A DNA stretch of 64,000 bases from Raja brachyura (lineage: Eukaryota), in NCBI GenBank assembly GCA_963514005.1, contig OY740800.1:29450001-29514000 (forward strand), in the 5' to 3' direction. Below the pieces are notes generated by a model that worked only from the letters and a program-made list of their open reading frames with translations, did not search any database and had not been told where the DNA came from. Shown here one piece after another: positions 36,911 to 49,389 of this stretch (position 1 is its first letter; each line of letters begins with the position of its first letter). The translations under genes and the position numbers were made by a program.

Positions 36911-37000
36911 CTCTGAACACATGGTTGTCCTCTTCATCAGACAGCTGATGGACCCAGAGCCCAAACTGGAGCTCCTTCTCCCAGGGGCAGTACTCGCCCT
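36911..37000 (-). CDS. MICAL3: MICAL3-like 90-nt exon (EGEYCPWEKELQFGLWVHQLSDEEDNHVFR), phase 1-1
   Basis: ctctctctgaag|AG GGC GAG TAC..TTC AGA G|gtatct; EG(E/D)YCPW..ELQ..W..LSDEED recalled from long MICAL3 isoforms. Confidence 0.8.
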
Positions 37001-37029
37001 CTTCAGAGAGAGAGCGGGAAGGAGGAAGA

Positions 37030-37345
37030 GGAACACATACACACACACACAGGCATATACATGTGCAGTTCCACAAATTTATACAGTCATAGTTGCACAC
37101 AAAGATATAGTCACACACAGACAGAAATACATTGATACACAGCCATGAGACACACATAAACATACAGACATTAAAAAAACATTTAGACAGAAATAGATAC
37201 ATGTGCATACATGTGAATTCCCATCCATATCCCCACACATGTATATGGCCATAGACGCACACACATATACAGTCCCACACACAGATGGATAAATATATAC
37301 ACAGTCACAGACAGACAAACACACACATACACACACGCACAGAGT
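37030..37345. repeat. (CA)/(CATA)-rich simple repeat region
   Basis: Read directly; UG-rich on the pre-mRNA just upstream of exon 36911-37000. Confidence 0.8.
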
Positions 37346-39939
37346 GGGGTAAAGGAAAACATGAAGTACAGTTAGTGCAGGAAATTCAGAGAGGCCAGTC
37401 TGGTTGATGTTTAGAGAGGTAATCTTATACAGGCAGCCTTGGTGAGGGGGGAGGGAGTTCTCAACTGGGAGCAGAGCTAGAGCCTCAGGGCGGGGTTTAT
37501 CTTTGTCCCCTTGCTTCTACTGGGCTGTGATGGCTTTAGTGACCAAGGCCAGGATGATCGAGGAGCCTCGGTAAGATTAACATCCTTATCTCTGCCCCTC
37601 CAGAACACTGCAAGTTGCTCTTTGGTGCCTAATTCTGCTGCTGGGAAAGGATTTGCGGTTCACACCCCGCTCTGCCCCAGTTACCAGTGCTGCCTGAGGC
37701 TGTGGGGTGGAGGGTGGGTGAGTATGGAGTAATGAACACACCATGGAATTTATCCAGTGAGCTGAATAATTCTTGGTGTGCTCCTGCTCACAACCCTCGG
37801 CCAGTGCAGTGGGCCTCCTGGTGCAAGGTGCCGCCAATGAAAGCTGGCGCCGACAGGCCTGAGGCTGAGCGGGAGATGTAGTGATTTCCATGGATCATCC
37901 AAGATCGGATCCAGAGAGATCCCGGATGTGATAGAGGCCTGCAGCTTCTTCAACATCCACAGGCTTGCACCAAGACCACAGGGAGGCACTGCAATACCTC
38001 AGAGCCTCTCTGTTCTTTAGATCATCGGTGATGGAAATTGTACCTTTAATTTGCCATTCTATCCCATATTCCATGAATCGCACCCTGACCCCCTCGCCAC
38101 CCTGCCCGCCCAATTACTTGTCCATTCTTCAGACTAGAAACCTCACACTCGATCAAACAGGCAATTCTCACCTGCACCACTTCAGGAAATGAAAGGGAAC
38201 CCCCCAGATCCAGAAACAGACACCGCCTCACCACACCTTAAGCCTACTTGCCAGTTAGCGCTGATAGAGGACAAATTGACAGTCACAAAGCCAGGAGGGC
38301 GGGTGTGGGGGAGCAGTGAAGCTCACACCACCTCCCTTGCCAATAATAACGGATTTAAAAATAAAAGGAAGGAATTCATTCCAACATTCTCACCAAAACC
38401 TCAGCAGACCCACAGAAACCCACAAAAAATCTCCAGAATTCTATCAATTTCCAAACTCCCAACTCTGCCTGAACTGCAACCACTTGGCATTCCTTCGCAA
38501 TCACCAGGGTGGAGTAATATACTGAGACGTAAGAACTAGGGCCCATGGTTACTCCAGCTCCTTCATGCCTGTGCTGCCATTCAACAAGATTGTTGTTCAT
38601 CTGCTCAGCCCCATTTTACTGCTCTCTCCCCATGAGTCATGGTTCCTTTAATATCCAAACATTGATCAAACTTTTTTGAATGGTTTCCATGACTGAACCT
38701 ACACCGCTCTCTGGGGTAGAGATTTCCATGTGTTTGTCACCAGGGGCACAAAGAATCTCAGTCCGATTCCCAGTTCTCATCCACATTCTGAGCCTGTTCC
38801 CTAGTCATAAACTCCTCGTTCCGGAAATCACCCTCCCTGTATCTAGCCTGTTGTTGATCTGTGCATTTCAATGGGATCTCCGGCCATTCCTCCAGACTCT
38901 AGAGAACGTGGACTCACTCCACCCAACCTCTCCTCATCTGGCAGTCCCACCATCCTTGGAGGGAGTCTGATGAATAGGACCAGGAGAGGCTGCAGATGAT
39001 GCCAGCCTGAGGAAGCTGCAGGGCCGGATCGTATGTGTTGCACAGCAAAAACTGCATGCAATTGCTGGAGTTCAGCACGGACTCGGTGGGCCGAAGGGCC
39101 TATATCCACGCTGTATCTCTAAACTAAACTAAAGCAATCTCACACCCAGTGACACAGCTCGAATAATGGTGGACTATTCAGCAGCTGACAGGCCGAGGAA
39201 GCTCTGGGAACATCCCCATTCTCAATGATTGCAGGGAAGACTGTGCGTGAGGCTGCAGCAATCACAATCTCCCAGATGCGCATGGGCAATTTTCCACTCG
39301 GTAGTGGAACAGCTTGGCCAGAGGCATCGCTAGTTCTGGAACGCAGATCTTCAGAACTGCAGCTGGAATATTGCCTAGCTGCAGAGTTTTTGTTGTATTT
39401 AGACAGGTTAGAAGCTAGATTCTATACCCAGAAGAACATTGGTAAACCAGATGAATGGTTGCCATTTCTAATTCTGAATACTAACTGAATTTAAATTCCT
39501 CAGTTCCTCTGGTGGGATTGTTAGTCCAGGGCTCTGGGTTACTTGTCCAGTCACTGCCTCTCCCACTGATCTCTGCCCTACAAAACTCTGCCACGTCCAC
39601 TTGCCCATCTCCGTCCCACGCATTAACTCTCCATCACAAGGCCTTATCTTCACTGGAGAGCAAAGAGGCAGGCACCGAGCACAGGTATTGTCTCCCTACC
39701 TCAGGAAAGTGAGTACAAGATTCATCAGATTGATTCATGGCATGTGGGTTTGTCCTCTGAGGGAGTTAATATGAAAATAAATAAGCAGTCTATTCATCCC
39801 AGCCTGCTCTATCATTCATCAGGATCTTTTATCTCCATTTCCTCATATCCCCTCGATTCCAGAAACTGATCAATCGGTTTTAAATGAGCTCCACAAACCT
39901 CCCCAGGGAAGAGAATTCCACAGATTTATCACAGACTGA

Positions 39940-41330
39940 ATGGTTGAAAGATACAGTATGGAAACAGGCCTTTTGGCCCATCAAGTCCACGCTGACCACC
40001 CATCACCCGTTCGCACTAGTTCTACGTTATCCCACTCTCTCATCCACTCCCTACAAACCAGGGGTAATTTTACAAAGGCCAATTCATTTATAAACCCCCT
40101 CGTCTTTGGGATGTTGGAGGAAACGGGTGCACCCAATCTTTCCTCCTACAACCAATCCCCATCACAAGAACCAATCTGTTGACTTTTCAGGTGTAAGAAT
40201 ATCTTTAGAGGAAGTGGGCGAGGAACTAACTGAGTATTTTGGATCGGTGTTCACCAAAATATTTTTCTCAGGGTGGAAATGTCAAAACGTAGAGGGCATA
40301 ACTTTAAGGTGAGAGGGAGAAAGTTTAAAGGAGATGTGTGGAGAAAGTGTTTTTTGAAGCAAAGGTGCCTGGAATGCATGGCCAGTGGTGGAGGTGGTGG
40401 TTTAATCAAGATACCATCGTGACATTTAAGAAGTCTATGAACAGGAAGGGAATGGAGGGATGTGGATCATGTGCAGGCAGATGGGATTAGTTTAATTTGG
40501 CATTGTGATTGGCATCGACAATGTGGGCTGGAGGACTTGTTCCTGTGCTGTACTGTTTTATGTTCTTGTGATAAAGAGACTATAATTACCCAATACTCCA
40601 GGTATGTTCTCACCAGACCCATGTATAATTTGCAGTAAGGGAGTTTACTCCTGCTCACAAAGGCAAAAGCAGACTGTAGACCGGGCCTGTAGTCTCGAGT
40701 TTAGTGAGATGATCTCATTGATGACACAAAATTCTTGTGGGGTTTTTGAGAGCTGATGCTCATTCTTCTGGGTGTGGTATCAAGAGGCCGGATTAAAATA
40801 TTAAAATAAAGAATCAGTCTTTCAGGGCTGGAACAACACGTGAGAAAGAACTGAGAGACTTCGGAGCAGGCAACTGTATCATCCTAAGACAACCAGAGAA
40901 AAGTGCTGAACTACTATCTACTTCTTTGATGACCCTCGGACTATCCTTGATCGGACTTTGCTGACTTTACCTTGCACTAAATGTTATTCCCTTATCATAT
41001 ACACTGTAAATGGTCGATTGTAATTATGTGTTGTCTTTCTGCAGACTGGTTAGCACGTCACAAAAAGCTTTTCACTGTACCTCGGTACACGTGACAATAG
41101 ACTGAATTGAACACAGCACATGGGAATCGATAGACAAGGCACACATGATGCTTCACCCAGCGAAGTGGGAATGCTTGGAATTTTCTACCCAGGAAGGTTG
41201 TGGAGCCTCTAACTGCGTGGGCACAAACTGAGACATTTAGATGTTCAGGCAATCGAGGGAAAAGGGGATGATGCAGGAGAGTGGGTCAAGATCTTGGTGA
41301 ACGGCAGAACAGGCGCGGGGGGGGGGTCAA
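39940..41330. mobile_element. Mixed remnants: SINE fragment (-), CR1 3' pieces (+), Rex1 3' end (about 40885-41110, +)
   Basis: Rex tail TTTTCACTGTACCTCGGTACACGTGACAATA; CR1 tails. Confidence 0.7.
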
Positions 41331-41339
41331 TGATCCATT

Positions 41340-41690
41340 ACATTAACTCCCATTGAACACAACTCACATCATTTGGGTTCTGCTACATCAATTAAGCTGA
41401 TCCTTCTGGTGCAATAACTCCCCCTGCCCCTATTAAACATCTCCAGTTTGTTAACTCCTGCTGCACGTACATAACTAGTTGGAACTAGCTTCCAGTGTAT
41501 TGAGCCCCATACCCTATAAATCCCATGTTTATTAATTCCCTCTGACCCCCATATATCCCGTGTATTAACATCTCCAACTCCTATGTATCTCTGGTGTATT
41601 AGCTCTCCCTTGGAGCTCAATGCCTCCAGTACATTAACTCTTGTGCTGAACTCCACACCTACAATATTTTAACTCTCCCACTGGACTCGG
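41340..41690. repeat. Degenerate tandem repeat (ATTAACTCCC-like)
   Basis: Recurrent ATTAAC/TTAACTC units. Confidence 0.6.
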
Positions 41691-41997
41691 TCCTTCCCGT
41701 ATAGTCGACTTCCCAATAGATCCATCCCCATGCACTGCTTCCTCTCTCCAGCGAGCCCTCTGGAGATCAGCTCTACGTTAGACACCCTTCCATGACGCCA
41801 AGCTCCACTCGCCTCCCCACTGGCCCAGTAGTCATGAGGGCTTTGCAGACTCCAAAGGACCGATGCCAACTGGCCTTTGACTGGGAGCAGCGCCCTGCAA
41901 TGATCTAGGGTTTAGACAATCATTTCAAAAGGTTCCCTCGGCTAATGATAATCACCTCAGAAGGAAGCTCCTGCACAATTCAGACAGTGTCACTCAC

Positions 41998-42218
41998 CGT
42001 AACTCGATTCTGAATGTTCCTCATCCTCGCTCTCTGCCTCGCTGTCTTCCTCTGAATTTTTCTTCAGCAACTGCTGGGCCTCCGCTGCCTTTCTCCATGG
42101 TACTCCGTCCACTGAGGGAGACAACATATCTTCCTCATCCCTCTTATCCTCCTTGTCCTCCTCATCTTCTTCCTCCTCCTCCTCCTCCTCGTCCTCCTCC
42201 ATTTCGTACTCAGAGCTG
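41998..42218 (-). CDS. MICAL3: MICAL3-like Glu-rich exon (SSSEYEMEEDEEEE..DGVPWRKAAEAQQLLK..SESSY), phase 2-1
   Basis: ttgcag|C AGC TCT GAG..AGT TAC G|gtgagt; matches MICAL3 SSSESEMEEE..GGVPWKEA. Confidence 0.92.
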
Positions 42219-42849
42219 CTGCAACTGAATGCAGATATGTCACTTGGTAAGCAGTGCCCTGGCTCCAACAGTGATAGTGGGGTGGATAAATTAGCGGACA
42301 TACAGTGATTGCAACAGAGGTAAAGACTGCAGGGAAATTAAGCACTGCCCTGCAGGATACACAGGACGTGAGAGCGAGATAGGCAGGACTAGACCAGCAG
42401 GTGAAATCACAGTCGTGTAGAAAATACACAGCACAAAATGAAGCCCATCTTTTGCAAGGCGATCAATAATGAGTTCCTCACCCTGATCCCACCTCCCAGC
42501 ACTGTAGATCGCAGATCTCCACACTCACATCCAAAAGATGATTAAAGGTTCTGGCAAAGGAATTTGGCTTGAAATATTTACTCTCTGTCCTTCTCCACAG
42601 ATGCTGCCTGACATGCTGTGTGTTTCCAGTATTTTCTGCCTTTTTAAAAAGTCATAGAGAGACACTGTACAGAAACAAGTCCATCGAGTCATCACCGGCC
42701 TGCATTAATCTCATTTTTTAAATTCCCCCATAGCCCGACGGACTTCCCTGTTTAAATGTGATAAGGCTTTTGGTCTGTCTCATCCTTTCAGTTGTGGAGT
42801 TAGTTCCCAACCCCCACACCTCATCTCCCGCCTGATCTTCCTGCCAAAT

Positions 42850-43625
42850 AAATCTTATACAGGTTTATAAAATCACGAGGAGCATACACGGGGAAGTTTA
42901 AAACTAGATGGCATAGACAATAGGTGCAGGAGGAGGCCATTCGGCCCTTCGAGCCAGCACCGCCTTCAATGTGAGCATGGTTGATCATCCCCAATCAGCA
43001 TAGATTTAAGGTGAGAAGTGAAAAATTTAAAGGGGCCCTGAGGATCAAGGTTTTCACATATGAGGTGATCGATACGTGGATTAAGTTGCCAGGGATGTGG
43101 TTGATGCGGGTACAATTACAAACTAATTGGGTAGAAAATAAATTGGGAGATGAATAGATCAGGTAAACGCACAGAGTCTCTTGCCCAGAGTAGGAGAATA
43201 GGGAACCAGTGGACATAAGTTTAAGGTGAGGAGGGAAAGATTTATTAGGAACCTGAGGGGTAACCTTTTTTAAATACTAAGGGTAGTGGGTATATGCAAC
43301 GAGCTGCAGGAGCCGAAAGTTGAGGCAGGTACTATCACAACGTTTAATAAACATTTACACAGGTACATGGAATAGGATGGGCTTAATGGGATATGGGCCA
43401 AACGCAGGCAGGTGGGACTAGTGTAGATGCGCCATGTTGGTTGGTGTGGGCAAGCTGGGCCGAAGGGCCTGTTCCCATTCTGTCCAACTTTATGACTATG
43501 AAAGATTTAGATGGATAGGGGCCAACCATAGGCAAGTGAGACTAGCTTAGATGGGCATCTTAGACATGGATGAGTTGGGCAGAAGAGACGGGCCCGTTTC
43601 GGTGCTGTATGGCTCCAAGATTGAC
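42850..43625 (+). mobile_element. Stacked CR1 3' ends (with an inverted CR1 tail at about 42905-42995)
   Basis: Repeated FKVRG..F.RNLRGN and GGCCGAAGGGCCTG tails. Confidence 0.75.
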
Positions 43626-44073
43626 ATGACCAAGCAGGGTCATGCACTCCCAGACACAAGGAGACAATAACAGACCCACTCAGCAGGTTGGGGCAGTGTC
43701 TAAGAAGAGAGAAACAATGATTTTATTTCAGGTGTGGACTTTTCAAGTTCTAACAAAAGTGTTTGATCTGAAACGTTGACTACGTTTCTCTTCCCACAGA
43801 GGTGGCCGGCCCGCTGAGGATTGCCAGCATTTTCTTATGCATATGAGACACCACAGGAAAGAAACCAGACACAACCATCCAGAAAGCAAATGTGATCAGA
43901 CACGTACAACACTGCGAGATGGAGGAGACAAACACTAAGCTGACGAGGTAGGGCCAGACATTGGGGGTCTGGATTAGATGAAAGGTGGGAGATTTCTTTG
44001 GCCCATGCAAGGGTGCGACACCGAGGGGTGTTTCCCAGGGATTGCCAGGACAGCCGTCCTGTCCGACACTGAC

Positions 44074-44242
44074 CTGCTGCCGGGCTCTTGGCTGGTTTGG
44101 TGCAAAGCGCTGCTCAAATTGTGCTCAGCTAGTGTCTCCTCCGGCACCTCCTGCAGATCTTCCTCCCGCTCCAGGGACACCCGGATGTTCTCCAGCTCGA
44201 TCCTCTCTGGAGTGCCGCGCAGACGCTTTGCCTGCCAGGGCT
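44074..44242 (-). CDS. MICAL3: MICAL3-like exon (EPWQAKRLRGTPERIELENIRVSL..LQEVPEETLAEHNLSS..PGS), phase 1-2
   Basis: ttttctctcccgtgacag|AG CCC TGG..GGC AGC AG|gtcagt; conserved AKRLRGTPERIELEN. Confidence 0.95.
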
Positions 44243-46289
44243 CTGTCACGGGAGAGAAAAGAAGATTGCCAGTGAGGGTGAGCGAAGTGTTGGTGAAGCG
44301 GGGAGCGCAGTCAAATGACGCAAGAGCCAATGGGACAACATAGGAACTCACTGAGGCGGCTCGAGACTGATCTGGGGCAGGGTGTTCCACGGGATGCCAT
44401 AATACTGTGGCAGCCCAGCCCAAGGGTACACACAACACTGACCAGGGAATCAACACCACGTACTCTGGTTTTGCACTATCACGCTCTGGTATGCCTGATA
44501 ATTTACTGTTTATTTATCGTGTACCTGTAAAGCTGCAGCAAGTAAGGAATCTCATTGTTCTGGGCCTCGTGCATATAATTAAACACTCTGGACTAACATC
44601 ACATGAGTAGATACCCATTTACCCACGTTGCCCACTGAAAACACTGGTGCCGTGTGGATTTTGGTTCCACACTCCTGCTGGCCACCTCTGCCCCATGCAC
44701 AGCCTTGAATCTGTCTCAGCCCCATCGCCCACTACGTGCCCCTCACACCCGTCCCCGTGTTGGCCCACTGGTCACCGTAGTGGTAAATGCAACGCAGTGT
44801 GTTTGGATCCTGGGGCTGTGAGGTTGACTACCTACCCTGTCATTGCCATTGTGAACGGTGGGCCTGTCCAGGACTGCTGTCTCGGTTTCCTCACACAACC
44901 TGAAGCAGCTACCATCAGTTAGAGTAAACAGAATGGAGACACTCTGCAAACTGTGCTTAACATACTAGTCATGGCTGCCCGCCTGTTTCACCACTTTCAT
45001 GGGACCGTGTACTCCTTGGTCTCTACGTTCTACAACACTCCCCAGGGCACCACCTGTGCAAGTCCTGCCCTGCATTGTCTTTCCAAAATGCAACACCTCA
45101 TATTTATCTGAATTAAGCTCCATCGGTCATTCCTCAGCCCATTAGCCCAGTTGATGAAGATCCCACAATTCAGATTGACATTTCAGTGCAGGGCAGGGGC
45201 CGTGCTCTTTAGTCAGAGATGAGAACATCCGCAGACAATTTTCAGAGCACAATTTTAAAGAGCAAATAAATCTGCCCAGTATTGTTGATAAAGCTTCCCT
45301 CAATCCAGGTTTCTGAACTAGATATCAAGCGATTAGCAAAAGGTTATTGGTGGGAGCGTGAAAATAAAAATAACTGCAACTGATGGAATGATAACTCTTC
45401 CTTTTCTCTCCACAGAGGCTGCTTGTTCTACTGCGTGTTCCCACTGGTGGTTTTATTTTTAGAGACTTAGAGTGAACAGGCAAGGTTTGCAAGCATGACA
45501 TTACTTTGGAAATGGGTAGCGAGTAAGATTGCTTCTGTGCTCTCATATGTGTTTGTGCAGTCAGAGTGCGTCTATCTGCGCTGAGAGTGCCTCTGTGTCC
45601 AAGTGTTCTGCACAGCCTGCTGTCCACGTCCTCCAGAGATGCTGCCTGACCCGCTGAGTTACTCCAGCACTTCTGTCCTATAGCTTAATTTCCTGTTGTC
45701 TTGCCACAGGACCCATGCCTCTCTCTGTCAAGACAACACGGTGGTTAAATGTGCAACGAGCTACCAACGTTAAAAAATAATTCACGCATTGGCATCCTCC
45801 ACTCCTCAGAAATGGAGTGAAATCAAGTAGTCTGCGACCCTGAGAGAAATGGACTAGATTTTACTGGGTGTAAGTAGCACTGGGATGTTCTGAGCTGCCT
45901 GCCACGTGATATCAATGAAAGTTTCTATTTTATCTCTTCTCTGTTTCACTCTGATATTATCCGGAGGTTTCCCGCACCGGATGCAGCTTCCATCGCTCGC
46001 CTTTCTCAGTATTTCCCCACTCACTAGGCAAGCAAGGCTGAATTAGGAATGTTTCATTGAGCGCTGAGACCACCTTGAGTTCATGCACTGTTGAAGCTCA
46101 CAAGTAAGATGAATGTAATGTCATCGTGCAGAGAACCTGCTAGAAAATCCAGTGAAAATGAAAGAAAATGCCGGAGATAAAGAAATCCACTGCTCGAGGA
46201 CAAAACCCTTGCCAAAGGATAAGCAATCTACCAATGAACAATCACTTTTCCATTGCTCACTCCCATCTTGGCCGTGCTCCGAAATCTTT

Positions 46290-47160
46290 CTGGCTCGCTC
46301 CTTCTCTGCTCGGCCTCCCCCCTCTCCCACTCCCGCTCATTGCTCAGTACCTCCTCTCCATTTCCTGCTTGCTCACTTGCTTTATATTTTTGATCCCTGC
46401 TCCGTCTGTCCTCGCCTCCTGCCTCCCGCCCCCTGCTCGCTCCCCCGTCCCCTGCTCGCTCCCTATCCTTGTTCCCTCCCCGTTCTCCATTCCCTCCCGG
46501 TCCACTGCACCCTTCGTCCCGTTCCCTCCCCCTGCTCCCTCCGTCTCATTCTCCCTCCCAGTCCCCAGCTCGCTCCGTCCCGTTCCCTCCCCCTACCTGC
46601 ACCCTCCATCTCGTGCTCCCTCAGTCCCGTTCGCTCCGTCTGCAGCTCCACGTTCCCTGGTCTCTGTTCCCACGCTGCTCCCTCCCCCGGTTCGCTCCCT
46701 GTCCTTGCTCCCGATTTTCTCCTCCCTCGCCGTCCTTCACTCTTCCCCCCCCCCCCCCATTCCCTGCTCCCTCCGTCCCATGCCGTTTCCTGCTCTCCGG
46801 CCTGCTCTAAATTTTTTTTCCTCCTCCGTTCCGGTAGCGTTTCCTGCTCCCTCATTCTACCCCTCCCATTTTTTTACTGTTTGTTCACTGTTCAGTCCCC
46901 TCTTGCTATCCCATCCTACTTTCATTGTTCCCCCTCCCAAACCCTTCTCTCCACTCTCTAGTTTCATCCTTTTCCCCTTCTCTCTCTCCCCTGCTCACCC
47001 TCCCCTCTGATCATTATCCCTCTCTCCCGCTCCTCACTGTCCTTCTCTCTCTCCTCCTCCTCTATGTTCCCTGCTTATTATCCCTTTCCATGTTCGCTGT
47101 TTGATCTCTTCTCCGTTTTCTCTCACCCCACTGCTTCCTGCTCACTCTCACACTCCCTGA
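46290..47160. repeat. Low-complexity pyrimidine-rich tract (G/A-rich on gene strand)
   Basis: About 870 nt dominated by C/T with (CTCC/CCGT) units; a second similar tract at about 47990-48400. Confidence 0.85.
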
Positions 47161-47189
47161 AGCAGCGGCAGTAATCCATCAGCACTTCA

Positions 47190-47855
47190 AACCTGCTCTT
47201 CAAGGTATTGGTGAGACCACATTTGAGGTAGTGTGCAGTTCTGGTCGCCCTTATCTAAGAAGGATTTTGTTAAGCTGGAAAGGACGCAAAACAGATTTTG
47301 CAGGATGTTAACAGGACTGGAGGCTTGACTTATAAGGTGGGACTGGACAGGCTTGACTTTTTTCCAAGGAGCGTAGGAGGCTGTGGAGGCTTGAGAGAGA
47401 TGTATTAAATCATGAAGGGCATAGATACCGTGAATGGTCATAGTCTTTTTCCCAGGGTAGAGAAAGTCTCGAACTAAAGGTAACAAAAAAGAACTGCAGA
47501 TGCAGGTTTACACCAAAGATAGACAAAAAAATGCTGGAGTAACTCAGTGGGTCAGGCAGCATCTGCAGGGAAAATGAACCAGAACTAAACGTCATTGGAT
47601 TAAGGTGAAGGGGGAAAAAGAGATCTGAAGCTCAATTTCTTTGAGTAGAAGGTGGTGTATACATGGAACGAGCTGTCAGAGGAAGATGTAGAGGCAGCTA
47701 TAATGGTGACATTTAAAAGACATTTGGACAACTACAGGCCTGGAACGTTGGGTGGGATATGGGCCAAAGGCAGTGAAATGGGACTCGCAAAATTATAAAT
47801 CTGGTTGGCATGGACAAGTTGGACAAAGAGCCTGTTTCTGTACTGTAAGACTCAG
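47190..47855 (+). mobile_element. CR1 LINE 3' fragment interrupted by a Penelope-derived short element (about 47480-47575)
   Basis: LVRPHL..CVQFWSPYL remnant and tail. Confidence 0.8.
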
Positions 47856-49079
47856 ACTCGACAATATTCACAGCTGTTCATCCACTTGTAGCCCTGTTCT
47901 TACCTTCACCCCTTCTCCCCATATCCAGTGATCTTACTGGCATTATAAAATACACTACTAGAATATATTTCATGACTTGGCCTTCACTGTCCACTCTCCC
48001 GTCCCCGTTTCCGGTTTGCTTCCCCGCTCCCAATTCCCAGCTCATTCACTCTCATGCTCCCAGTTACCCGTTCCCTCTCTCGCTCCGTTCCTTCCCATTT
48101 GTTCCCTGTTCCTTCCCTCTACTTTCTCGACTCTGTTCCTAGCCTCCTCCCGTTTCATTTGCTTCCCCTTTCATATTTCTCGATTGCTCACTCCCTCCTC
48201 AAGCCCCGATCCCTCTGAATCCAATTTCCTGCTCTCGCTCCCCATTCACTCTTCCTCTCTCCTCTCCAAGTTTGTTCTCCTTAACCCCATTCTACGCTCG
48301 TTCTCCCTCTACCTGATCCAGCTCATTCTCTCTCTCTCTCTATCCCCTGCTACCTGTTCTCTCCTCACTCTACAGCTCTTTAATCCAATTTTTTGTGCAT
48401 TCCCATTGTTCCTCATGTCTCTGGAGTCATGCTGCTCTCACTGTCTGATGCGCTTTGCTCCTCTTCTTACTGGATCCCCAACATCCCTGGATCCTGACCA
48501 ATAAATATTCCCTTTGTTCCACTTCTCAGTGGATTCTTATTCTTCTTCTTGCAGCTGAAGAGACACATGTTTTATGGACGAAGATCAACCCCTCTGTGAC
48601 TGCGTCCATTCCTTTCACCTTATGGTTAGATCCTCATTCTCACAGGGAACACATCGTCCTCCTGGTTTCCGCAGCCTCTGTGATAACAATGACCATCATT
48701 CCACTCTCCCGGTCCTCACCTGTTGTCATTGTTCCCTTGTCGCTGTGTCCCGTCATTCTCCCACGATCAAGTCCCAACATTCATCCTGGTCCTCGAATCC
48801 CCAAATGTGTATTACCGGATCCCCATCACCTTCCTTGTCACTGGACACCTGTCTTTGTCTCCTTACTTATGAAAGGAAGCGTTTGCCTTGGAGACAACGA
48901 ACGGTGCATTTTGTTGATCCCAAGTATGTTGCAAATAAAGATTAAGTAGGTTATTCCCTCATGCTTTGGAGTTTAGAAGAACAAGAGGTGATCTTACTGA
49001 GGCAGAAGATACCAGAAAAAGAAAATACTGGCACAATATTCGGCATCTCAGGCAACATCTGTGGAGCAAGAGGCCATTA

Positions 49080-49299
49080 AGGGCCTGTCCCACTTACGCG
49101 ACCTTTACAGGCGACTGCCGGCACCCGTTATAGTTCGCTGAAATTTTCAACATGTTGAAAATTCAGTGGCGACCAGAAAGACGCTACGACTTTTTGGAGA
49201 CCTCTGGAGGTCGTGAGAGGTCTCCAAAGAGTCGTAGCTGGTCGCCGTTGAATTTTCAACGTTGAAAATCTCGGTGACCAATGAACTGGGACAGGCCCT
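49080..49299. mobile_element. PIF/Harbinger-type MITE, quasi-palindromic
   Basis: TIRs AGGGCCTGTCCCA / TGGGACAGGCCCT; TTA TSD at 49077-49079 and 49300-49302; internal palindrome AATTTTCAAC(AT)GTTGAAAAT twice. Confidence 0.85.
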
Positions 49300-49389
49300 T
49301 TAATGTTTCAGGTTAGCAACCTTTCATCAGGACTGGAAGTTAGCAATGAAGGTCTTAAGTTTAAGTTGTATTCCAGGCTCCTGATCTCT

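Noticed and set aside
46152-47010. 269-aa and 280-aa Pro/Ser/Leu ORFs
   Set aside because: Low-complexity A-poor tract lacks stops in all frames.
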